Positions 39,222 to 46,876 of a stretch of 64,000 nt of DNA are shown piece after piece. This DNA comes from an uncultured Desulfobacteraceae bacterium (GTDB lineage Bacteria; Desulfobacterota; Desulfobacteria; Desulfobacterales; CAZWAE01), in assembly GCA_964631805.1 (NCBI GenBank), contig CAZWAE010000001.1, positions 190-64,189 on the forward strand, given 5' to 3'. Made by a program: the position numbers and the translations under genes. Below the pieces are notes generated by a model that saw only the letters and a program-made list of their open reading frames with translations, had not been told where the DNA came from and searched no databases. Position 1 is the stretch's first letter. Each line of letters starts with the position of its first letter.

Positions 39222-39375
39222 TCCGTTCACCGCTTTCAGTTTACTGTTTACTGCTCAATAGCTCATTAGCTTTTTAGCCTAAAGGCTGTTAGCAAAAACC
39301 TATACGCCTAAATGCCTTCAGCCTGATCAGCTAATTATTCCTGCTCACCGCTTTCAGTTTACTGTTTACTGCTCC
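39222..39375. repeat. heptamer tract interrupted by R-element copy B, flanked by a perfect 29-bp direct repeat
   Basis: caccgctttcagtttactgtttactgctc occurs at 39228-39256 and again at 39346-39374. The 89 bp between them contain the R copy (39271-39339). Confidence 0.85.
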
Positions 39376-41139
39376 TATTTTCAATATACTTCACAACTGC
39401 CCCCCTGAGCCCGATATTGCCTATCGGGAGGATACCAATGACAACCGATCGTTCCGGATAATAGTTCCAGATTTGATCCACAGCCAACATGACCTTTTTT
39501 TCTTCACTTTTAATCTCAAAAGAGGTCCTAAACAGCTTCTGGAACTTTGTGATCGCCGCCTTTCGATCCTCCACCACCTCGCTATGCGAACCGCTTTGGC
39601 CAGTTTCCGCAAAATGGGTCGACCGCCACACCCAGTACCAGGCGCTGTTGAACAAGATGCCCGGCCGTCTGGGCGCATACCGAACCGCCTGATCAAAACA
39701 CCGATCCCCACAGCGAAAGGGTCGCGGCGTCTATACCAGACGCGGAGCATCCGGGTTATAAAAAAAACCGTCCCGACCAGCACGAGAATAAACCCGGAGA
39801 CACCCAGTTCGGCACCCAGAGTGACCCAGTCGTTGTGCAGATTACCGCCAGTCAGCCGCCGAGCGAATTCAGGCGCCGGAGCCGGAGGGGCATATCGCGG
39901 ATATAAAGAGGGCAGCCCCCCCATGCCGACACCGGCGACCGGGTATTGGTAAACCATCGGCAGCGCTACCCGTGTTTCCAGCATCCTGTTGTCAAACTGA
40001 CGTTCTATGGACTGGAACTTGTTGAGGGTCCGATCGATACCGATATAGTATCCGTAGCCAAATATGACCAGGCAGACGGCCATAGTCCCCAATGCCTGCC
40101 GGCGATACTGCGCTTTCGCCATAAAGAGCAGACTCACCAGCAACATGGAGATGGAAGCTGCTAGAATGCCCCCCCTGGATCCGGACAGCAGCAGGGCGAT
40201 GCCGACGATGAGGGTAATGTAAAAAAAGAGCGCCACCCGGGAACGGCCAGATTCCGAGAGCGCGCGATGCAGCTTTTTCTTGAATCCCTGCTTTACTGTC
40301 GTTCGTTCAGAGCGGCTTCGGTCAACTTTCCCGCGAAGCGCCACCACATATCCCAAGCCCAGACTGGCGATCATCTCCATGTACCCGGCAAAATGATTGG
40401 ACCCTATAAATGTACCGCTGGCCCATGCGACCCGGCTGGGCCACCACCATACATTCGGCCTGGGGCTGAACACCTGGTAGATGGCATAAACCGCCTCGAA
40501 ACAGCCCACCAGCAGCAACACGGTCACCAGCATCTCTATCCGTTTATGGGTATTTGCTGAGTTTAGCACCAGAAAAAAGAGTGCCGCATAAGTGGCCATC
40601 TTGAGCCACTCGACACCTGTGGCATGGCGGTTGTATGTCAGGGGTATCCAGCCTGAAAAGGCCCGTTCCGGTTGGGTGTCCCGCGCCAAAAGTTCCATCA
40701 ACGGCGCTTTATCCGCAGCGGTTTCCGGAGACAGAAACGCCACCAGAGCAGGAGGCATGGGGATTGCCTGCAGCATCCCGATCAGCAAAAGAACAAGAAT
40801 GAACCCGCCTAAAGGCGTCCGCACCCATGACCATTCCACATGCTGACGTGAAAAAATCTTATCGAGCAGATACAATAGCCCCAACGAGAACACGCCGATT
40901 TGGACTACCGTATACGCCCATACGTGGCGCAAACCGAAGGCCAGCGGTGCGAACACCAGTAAAAGGATGATTCCCCCAAAAACGATCCGGTCAGGGGTTA
41001 GGAGGCCGGATCGAGACTTTTTGAGGGTCGTTTTTCGCCGTCTGTCGGCCAATAAAAAATCTTTGAAGGAAATGTGAGATGTAGCGGTGAGTCTGCTTAC
41101 AGCTAACCTGATCATTTTACCCCCGCTCACTCTCGACAA
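39359..41139 (-). pseudogene. Wzy_C-TPR paralog 2, disrupted by a ~589-bp internal deletion with frame change
   Basis: Roughly 85-95% DNA identity (by eye) to paralog 3 on both sides of a junction at 39699-39707 (caccgatcc). In paralog 3 the two matching 9-mers lie at 48861-48869 and 49450-49458. The C-terminal 98-aa ORF (39359-39655) is in a different frame from the 572-aa ORF (39421-41139). Confidence 0.75.
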
Positions 41140-41227
41140 TCGACTGCTTACAATTTCTTATCGATCAATTGTTGAGACCCCTTGCTGACTCGCGGTCAAG
41201 CCCACCATCAAATGCCGATATTCCGTC

Positions 41228-41256
41228 TTGACATCGGATTATTATCGTATTATTAT
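41228..41256 (+). promoter_or_regulatory. sigma70-like promoter of the Phd/RelE cassette
   Basis: TTGACA (41228-41233), 17 nt, TATTAT (41251-41256). It overlaps the short inverted repeat cgtat-N4-atacg, a candidate operator. Confidence 0.5.
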
Positions 41257-41276
41257 ACGAATTATTTTCCAATTTT

Positions 41277-41564
41277 GTGGTGGGAGAATATAAGATGCAT
41301 TCAAAAGATTATTTGTCAGCGACCTCGCTTTCCAAAAAAACATCTGCCACGTTAGATTCACTTGAAAAAGGAGAATCTGAAAAGCTGATCATTCTAAAAA
41401 ACAATTCACCCAAAGCGGTCCTTATGTCCATGGAAGCCTATGAGATCATGGAAGAAGAATTGGAAGATTTGAGACTGACCGCTCTTGCCATTTCACGCTT
41501 GCAGAGCTTCGATCCTGATAGCATGCTCACACATGAAGAATTGATGGCTAAGTTTGCCAAATGA
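41277..41564 (+). CDS. Phd/YefM-family antitoxin
   Basis: SATLDSLEKGESEKLIILKNNSPKAVLMSMEAYEIMEEELEDL is a typical Phd/YefM fold sequence. The probable start is the ATG at 41295, preceded by GGGAG. It overlaps the toxin gene by 4 nt. Confidence 0.85.
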   Translation: MVGEYKMHSKDYLSATSLSKKTSATLDSLEKGESEKLIILKNNSPKAVLMSMEAYEIMEEELEDLRLTALAISRLQSFDPDSMLTHEELMAKFAK

Positions 41565-41845
41565 CTTGGTCAATTTTATACCACCCGGATGTTGAGGATG
41601 ATCTAAAAAGCGTGGGTCCTTCCATGGCTCGCAGGATAATGCGATCCATCGACGCGAAACTCACCCAAGCTCCTTTACAGTTTGGCTCCCCACTATCCGG
41701 AAATCTGGGCAGCTTTCGTAAACTTCGGGTTGGTGACCACAGGGTCGTTTACCAAGTTCAGGGGAAAACGATCATTGTTTTTGTCCTGGCGGTCGGCGCT
41801 CGGAGAGACAAAGAAATCTATAGGTCTGCACTGAAAAGAAAATAG
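41561..41845 (+). CDS. RelE/ParE-family toxin
   Basis: 94 aa; LSGNLGSFRKLRVGDHRVVYQVQGKTIIVFVLAVGARRD is the canonical RelE/StbE core. Confidence 0.88.
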   Translation: MTWSILYHPDVEDDLKSVGPSMARRIMRSIDAKLTQAPLQFGSPLSGNLGSFRKLRVGDHRVVYQVQGKTIIVFVLAVGARRDKEIYRSALKRK

Positions 41846-42006
41846 CCCAGCGAAGCTACAATTCACCAGCTCAACAGCTATACAAAATGTGAACGGAAAG
41901 CAGTGAACTTAAAACAGGGAAATGGCCATTGTAAGCAGTAAGATGTGAACAGTGAAAAATATGTACATTTACGAATAATTTTTCTGTTTCCCCTGCTCAC
42001 TGCCGA
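41846..42006. repeat. heptamer tract in mixed orientation (GTRARCR units followed by ctgctcac units)
   Basis: gtgaacggaaagcagtgaac...gtaagcagtaagatgtgaacagtgaaaaa, then ...ctgtttcccctgctcactgccgactg. Confidence 0.65.
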
Positions 42007-42152
42007 CTGTTCACCGCTTACCCTTTTCCTTTTTTCACGCGAATTGATACTGCGGATAAGACCATTCAGCATCGCTGAAATGGTCCTACTTCTCTCCAAT
42101 AAATCTTGGGAACAACCATGATCCATGAACTCGAGTTCCCGTGCAATATAAT
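42007..42152 (-). pseudogene. 3' fragment of a four-helix-bundle (S23-IVS/Avd family) gene
   Basis: Minus-strand reading YIARELEFMDHGCSQDLLERSRTISAMLNGLIRSINSREKRKRVSGEQ aligns with the C-terminus of the intact copy at 46378-46758. The N-terminal two thirds are missing and the original stop is lost. Confidence 0.65.
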
Positions 42153-42335
42153 GTTCTACTGGGCCGAAGTTTGCTTGGGTTGTCCGAAAAGATCATAACG
42201 GCTTTCAAAGGAAACAACGCCCCCTATCAAACGGAATAAAGGCGGAATGCGCAAATATGTGAAGCAATTTTCATCTTGATATTGCGACAAATTTAGGATA
42301 AACGATATGGTGTATTTTTTATGCGATAAAAGGAG

Positions 42336-42602
42336 GTGCAAAACATGCAGCCAAACCCACGAACTAAAAAAGCCAGACTCAATATTCAAATCTCCTCTGA
42401 ACTTAAAAACAAACTTTATCAACTGTCCGCTAATCAAGGTAAAAAAGTCTCTGTCCTAGTTAGAGAATCCATTGAAGAAAAGCTGGAACAGATTAATAAA
42501 AAGATATTTGAGGAAAAAATGAAGTGCGCCTACCAAGGGTTGGCACAGGAAAACATGGAAGTTTCAGAAGATTTCAAATACGTTGATACCGAAAACCTTT
42601 AA
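42336..42602 (+). CDS. ribbon-helix-helix (CopG/MazE-like) antitoxin
   Basis: KKARLNIQISSELKNKLYQLSANQGKKVSVLVRESIEEKL is an RHH motif. The likely start is the ATG at 42345, 8 nt after AGGAGG. It lies directly upstream of the mazF-like gene. Confidence 0.75.
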   Translation: MQNMQPNPRTKKARLNIQISSELKNKLYQLSANQGKKVSVLVRESIEEKLEQINKKIFEEKMKCAYQGLAQENMEVSEDFKYVDTENL

Positions 42603-42614
42603 CGAGCGTAACGT

Positions 42615-42893
42615 ATGGCTAATATTCAAGTTAAACGAGCCGATATCCATTATGCGAACCTTGATCCGGTTGTGGGAAGAGAAACAGGAAAAACCCGGCC
42701 TGTGCTTGTGATTCAAAATGATATCGGCAACATGTACTCACCAACGACCATTGTAGCGGTGATTACTGAATATTCAGAAAAAAAGGCATCCTATCCCATC
42801 TGTGTGGCCATCAAAAAGGGAAATGGCCTCAAAAAAGACTCAATTGTTAATTTGTCCCAGATTAGAACTATTGATAAAAACCTATACGCCTAA
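42615..42893 (+). CDS. MazF/PemK-family endoribonuclease toxin, C-terminally truncated/replaced
   Basis: ADIHYANLDPVVGRETGKTRPVLVIQNDIGN...TIVAVIT...KDSIVNLSQIRTIDK is the MazF core. The last 5 codons and the stop (KNLYA*) are supplied by R-element copy C. About 20-25 C-terminal residues expected in the family are absent. Confidence 0.8.
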   Translation: MANIQVKRADIHYANLDPVVGRETGKTRPVLVIQNDIGNMYSPTTIVAVITEYSEKKASYPICVAIKKGNGLKKDSIVNLSQIRTIDKNLYA

Positions 42894-42932
42894 ATGCCTT
42901 CAGCCTGGTCAGCTAATTATTCCTGCTCACCG
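42876..42932. repeat. R-element copy C (5'-truncated)
   Basis: 57 nt identical to 39294-39350 except for one a/g difference. Confidence 0.9.
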
Positions 42933-43134
42933 GCGACCGCTCACCGCTTATCGATACTCCGTTTTCCCCCTGCTCACCGCCGCCTGTTAACTGTTTACCC
43001 CGTGAAATCTGTTTTCAAGTAGCTATTTCACCGGGGCCCACTTTATTTTCCACCTGCTCAACAGCTTACCAGCTCATCAGCCCAATAGCTTACCAGCTCA
43101 ACAGCTAATCTGCTTAACAGCTGTAATCTATTGA
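42933..43134. repeat. degenerate 7-8 nt periodic tract including 9 consecutive octamers (CAGCTYAN)
   Basis: ctgctcaa|cagcttac|cagctcat|cagcccaa|tagcttac|cagctcaa|cagctaat|ctgcttaa|cagctgta at 43054-43125. A hairpin lies at 42998-43036. Confidence 0.8.
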
Positions 43135-43500
43135 TTACAAAACACACTCCGTATCCCCAGGCATATACTCCGGAACAATCTCTTTGAATTTATCTCGTAT
43201 CCCACATCCATCCTGTTTTTCGGCCAACTGGTGCAATTCTTCGATCCCCTCAATCAACCATTTCTTATAGCTTTCCTGATCGCCGTACCCGTTAAAATTT
43301 TCCCCGGCACGAATCACCTTGATCTTTTCGTGTCCGGTTTCGACGATCCCTTCGCCCTCTGTGATCAATTCTTCATAAAGCTTCTCGCCGGGACGGAGGC
43401 CCGTGTAGACGATCTCGATGTCTCGATCAGGCTCCTTCCCGGACAGCCGGATCAGATCTTTGGCCATATCCACGATCTTTACCGGTGTGCCCATCTTCAA
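43135..43500 (-). pseudogene. CapD/WbpM-type polysaccharide biosynthesis protein, C-terminal fragment (copy 1, frame intact)
   Basis: MGTPVKIVDMAKDLIRLSGKEPDRDIEIVYTGLRPGEKLYEEL matches the C-terminal region of CapD/PglF-type 4,6-dehydratases. The ~500 N-terminal residues are absent, and homology ends where AT-rich DNA begins (~43505). Confidence 0.75.
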
Positions 43501-43512
43501 TATAATAGATCC

Positions 43513-43541
43513 TTGACATAAAAGAAAATGTGCCTCATAAT
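43513..43541 (+). promoter_or_regulatory. sigma70-like promoter of the DUF4258/YgiT cassette
   Basis: TTGACA (43513-43518), 17 nt, CATAAT (43536-43541), within an AT-rich block. Confidence 0.5.
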
Positions 43542-43805
43542 AATTATAAATATTTAATATCAGTAGTTTATATATTGAAATAGCATTGAGAAGGCACGTT
43601 GCCGAAAATCATCTGCCGTGAAGCTAACCGTCTCCCGAATCGCTTAGCTCGTGAGCCACTTGATTTTATACACTATCTCAATTTCAAACATACCCGCGGA
43701 GATTCATCGGTCGATCATTTACGTGCTACCCCAAAAGCCGGTGATGGACCCAATTTGGGACAACTCCGATGACGATGCTTGGAATGACCTGCAAACCTCG
43801 TAATC

Positions 43806-44135
43806 TTGATGAATCAGCGATTGTCAGAATATTTAGCAGCACCTCTTGATGAATGGACTATCGAATATCGTGTTCATGCAACCCAACGTATGTTCAAACG
43901 TCGTATCGATGAGAAAGACGTCATGCAATTGCTTGCCAAGGGAACAATTATCGAGGAATATAAGGACGATTTCCCTTTCCCGAGTGTATTGGTAAACGGT
44001 GTATCAGGCGATAACAGGCCATTACATGCTGTTTTGGGGATTGATGACAATCTTTCCCGGCTTTATCTGATCACCATCTATGAACCCGACTCCAATAAAT
44101 GGGCGGAAAATTACAATAAGAGGCTATCGCCATGA
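43806..44135 (+). CDS. DUF4258-domain protein (putative toxin)
   Basis: 109 aa; YRVHATQRMFKRRIDEKDVMQLLAKGTIIEEY...LHAVLGIDDNLSRLYLITIYEP is the DUF4258 pattern. The likely start is the ATG at 43809. It overlaps the next gene by 4 nt. Confidence 0.75.
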   Translation: MMNQRLSEYLAAPLDEWTIEYRVHATQRMFKRRIDEKDVMQLLAKGTIIEEYKDDFPFPSVLVNGVSGDNRPLHAVLGIDDNLSRLYLITIYEPDSNKWAENYNKRLSP

Positions 44136-44356
44136 AATGTGCAATCTGCCGGAATGGGCACACAGTAAAGGGGCATATCACGGTGGTTCTTGAAAGAGAA
44201 CAATCCACTCTTGTGTTTAAAAAAGTTCCCGCAAAGATCTGCGAAAACTGTGGTGAGGAATACTTATCCGAAGAGATCAATCGGAAACTTTTAGAAAGGG
44301 CCCGGGAAGCAGTCGAAAGAGGTGTAGATCTGGAGCTGTTACGATTTGCGGCCTAA
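44132..44356 (+). CDS. YgiT-type zinc-finger protein (MqsA N-terminal-like, putative antitoxin)
   Basis: MKCAICRNG...KICENCGEEYLSEE carries the CxxC...CxxC zinc ribbon of the YgiT/MqsA family. Confidence 0.8.
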   Translation: MKCAICRNGHTVKGHITVVLEREQSTLVFKKVPAKICENCGEEYLSEEINRKLLERAREAVERGVDLELLRFAA

Positions 44357-44470
44357 TTCACCTACACCTTTGTCCAGCTTGGATATTTTGGTGCGGATTT
44401 TCGCCTTGTCGGATTGAAAAGATACATGGACTGCCCATCCGTATATTTCACAAATTGATACGAATTCTTA

Positions 44471-44636
44471 GGCTCCGCTCTCCCGTCCTCACCTTCTCAT
44501 GCACTTCCCGCTCTCACGCTCTTACGCCTCATGCTTTCTCGCTCTCCCACCTCACGCCCTTCCCGCTCTCACGCCTAACGTTCTCACGCTTACGATTCCC
44601 CTGCTCACTGACACCTGCTTACAGCTCACCTCGTCG
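44471..44636. repeat. degenerate 7-8 nt periodic tract (CGCTCTYA/CGCCTCA units)
   Basis: cgctctca|cgctctta|cgcctca|tgctttct|cgctctcc|cacctca|cgcccttc|ccgctctca|cgcctaa|cgttctca|cgcttac...ctgctcactg. Confidence 0.75.
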
Positions 44637-44946
44637 TTACAACACACACTCCGTATCCCCAGGCTGATATTCCGGTACCATCTCCTTGAACTTCTCACGA
44701 ATACCGCAACCATCCTGTTCATCCGCCAATAGGTAAAGCTCATCGATTTCTGCCATCAGCCATTTCTTGAAGCTTTCCTGATCGCCGTGTCCATTAAATT
44801 TTCCCGACACGGATTATCTTGATTTTTTCATGACCGGTTGTAAAGATCCCCTCCCCCTCTGTAATCAACTCCTCTTATAGCTTTTCTCCCGGACGCAGGC
44901 CGGTATAAACAATATCTATATCCCTATCCGGCTCCTTTCTGGACAG
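44637..44946 (-). pseudogene. CapD-like C-terminal fragment, copy 2 (nonsense + frameshift)
   Basis: The minus strand reads LSRKEPDRDIDIVYTGLRPGEKL*EELITEGEGIFTTGHEKIKIIRVGK. After a 1-nt deletion it continues NGHGDQESFKKWL...GCGIREKFKEMVPEYQPGDTECVL*. Confidence 0.7.
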
Positions 44947-45136
44947 GTCTACCCCGTCAATATATGATTCCTGATGAGGATTATTCATTTCCGTGACCCT
45001 AAAATCCTGCCGGTCAGTGTCTTTTTGAAATAGAAGGCGATTCATGTGGCCAGCGATAAAATATCAATTGACATAATTACCATAATAATGTTAATTATGA
45101 TTAACACTTTCCCACTCATAGCAGAAAGTATACTTT

Positions 45137-46351
45137 ATGGAATATTGGTTTTCCGAACAAACGGCAAGGCTTCGGTCTCTTCCTGAAACCAGGCGCTACC
45201 TTTATCATGATATCGATTGGTCCGGTCGCTGTGTCGGCCTTTTGGGCGCCCGCGGTACGGGAAAAACCACCCTGATGTTGCAATACCTTCTCGAAAACTT
45301 CCCTGGATCTGACAAAACCCTTTACGTTTCCGTGGATCATCCCAAATTTCAAGCCCTATCCCTTTATGAATTCGGTCGTGAATTTTCTCAATACGGCGGA
45401 AAGATCCTTTTTCTGGACGAAGTTCATAAATATGACCGGTGGGCAAGCCATATCAAAACCTTGTATGATTCATGCCCTGATCTGCGGATTATCTTTTCCG
45501 GATCGAGCTTGCTGCAGTTGCAGGTTCAAGATACCGATTTGAGCCGTCGCGCGGTATTCTACCACCTGCACGGTCTATCCCTGAGGGAATTTTTATTTTT
45601 CCAGCAAAACATTGTCTTTCCCGTCATTGATTTCAACGATCTGATCGAGAATCATATATCCCATTCACAGCAAATCTGTCGGAAAATAAAACCTCTTGAA
45701 CATTTTCGTAATTACTTACGATATGGCTATTATCCGTATTTCACAGAGGGCATAGATGTCTATCCCATGAAACTCAATGAAGTTATCAAACAAGTGCTGG
45801 AAACGGATCTGCCTTTTGTCGGACATGTGGATACCCGACAAATCTCAAAACTGAAAAAGCTAATATATCTTTTAGCGATCAATGTCCCTTCTCAGGTCAA
45901 TATTCAAAAGCTTTCGGCAAGTACAGAAATATCCAGGCCCAAGGTCTATGAATATTTGGAATATCTCAAAAAGGCGCGTCTACTTCATTTAATCAGGGGA
46001 GGAGAAACAGGCTATAAAATCCTATCCAAGCCTGATAAGATTTTTCTGGAGAATCCCAATTTGGCCCATGCATTGGCAGATACAGTCAATACAGGTACGA
46101 TCAGAGAAACCTTTTTCGTCAATCAAGTAACCAATGCGTTTGACCGTTATCCATCTTTGGCCAAAAGTTCAATTACGACCGCACGGCACGGTGATTTTAC
46201 AGTACTGGAGCAATTTAGTTTTGAGATCGGCGGTCGGACCAAGGGAGCCAGGCAAATCAGGGGGATTGACAATGCTTTTATTGCCTCGGACGATTTGGAG
46301 ACCGGATTTTCCCATAAAATCCCGCTGTGGCTATTTGGATTTCTCTACTAA
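45137..46351 (+). CDS. AAA+ ATPase, AAA_14/DUF4143 family (COG1373-like)
   Basis: 404 aa with Walker A GARGTGKTT, Walker B ILFLDEVH and a C-terminal DUF4143-like region. Confidence 0.85.
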   Translation: MEYWFSEQTARLRSLPETRRYLYHDIDWSGRCVGLLGARGTGKTTLMLQYLLENFPGSDKTLYVSVDHPKFQALSLYEFGREFSQYGGKILFLDEVHKYDRWASHIKTLYDSCPDLRIIFSGSSLLQLQVQDTDLSRRAVFYHLHGLSLREFLFFQQNIVFPVIDFNDLIENHISHSQQICRKIKPLEHFRNYLRYGYYPYFTEGIDVYPMKLNEVIKQVLETDLPFVGHVDTRQISKLKKLIYLLAINVPSQVNIQKLSASTEISRPKVYEYLEYLKKARLLHLIRGGETGYKILSKPDKIFLENPNLAHALADTVNTGTIRETFFVNQVTNAFDRYPSLAKSSITTARHGDFTVLEQFSFEIGGRTKGARQIRGIDNAFIASDDLETGFSHKIPLWLFGFLY

Positions 46352-46377
46352 CCGGTTTTCTGCGACCTGCTCACTGT

Positions 46378-46758
46378 TTACTGTTCACCGCTTACTCTTT
46401 TCCTTTTTCCACGCGAATTGATACTGCGGATAAGACCAATCAGCATCGCTGAAATGGCCCTGCTCCTCTCCAATAAGTCTGTGAAAAAATCCTGATCAAT
46501 ATATTCCAGTTCTTTTGCAATATAAAGCTGCGTTCTTAGTTCCCCGCATGACCCTTTCGCAATATTCAGGAAGCGGATAAAATCCCGGGGGCTGTTCCGC
46601 TCATATCCCTCGGCAATGTTCGAGGGAACTGACACAGCAGCACGACATATCTGATCCTTAAATCCATAGTCCCGACATTCTTTGAAAACTCCATAGATAT
46701 CAACTGCCAACCGACATCCTCTCTTCCACACCTCCAATCCCTCAAACCCCTCCGACAT
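46378..46758 (-). CDS. four-helix-bundle protein (23S rRNA intervening-sequence / Avd family)
   Basis: LEVWKRGCRLAVDIYGVF...RAAVSVPSNIAEGYERNSPRDFIRFLNIAKGSCGELRTQLYIAKEL is the TIGR02436-type signature. The ORF is open to 46794, but M13 (46758) gives the family-typical N-terminus. Confidence 0.85.
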   Translation of the reverse strand: MSEGFEGLEVWKRGCRLAVDIYGVFKECRDYGFKDQICRAAVSVPSNIAEGYERNSPRDFIRFLNIAKGSCGELRTQLYIAKELEYIDQDFFTDLLERSRAISAMLIGLIRSINSRGKRKRVSGEQ

Positions 46759-46794
46759 TTCACATTCCCTTCCCGCTCCCAGCCTCCAGCTCAC

Positions 46795-46876
46795 CGCTCA
46801 CTTTCCAATCCCCCGCTTACTGTCCACTTCCTTCATTCCCCTGCTCACTGCCCCCCGCTTACAGCTCACATCGTCG
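46795..46876. repeat. degenerate heptamer tract
   Basis: ctcaccgctcactttccaatcccccgcttactgtccac...ctgctcactgccccccgcttacagctcac. The last ~45 nt are shared with 44594-44636. Confidence 0.7.

Noticed and set aside
41878-42126. An 82-aa minus-strand ORF.
   Set aside because: Only its first part is homologous (the 4HB C-terminus). The rest is read-through into the heptamer tract after loss of the original stop. It is treated as a gene fragment rather than a functional CDS.
42156-42437. A 93-aa minus-strand ORF overlapping the RHH antitoxin start.
   Set aside because: No family resemblance and low-complexity hydrophobic content. It overlaps the promoter/RBS and 5' end of a well-supported plus-strand gene.
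43651-43803. A 50-codon GTG ORF upstream of the DUF4258 gene.
   Set aside because: It has no Shine-Dalgarno sequence, a non-ATG start and no family I can recognise. It is kept as a remark in a finding, not as a feature.
44357-44470. A minus-strand reading ...KNSYQFVKYTDGQSMYLFNPTRRKSAPKYPSWTKV* that looks like a protein C-terminus.
   Set aside because: It is too short, has no upstream continuation or start, and has no recognisable family. It is possibly another gene remnant at a cassette junction, but this is unsupported.
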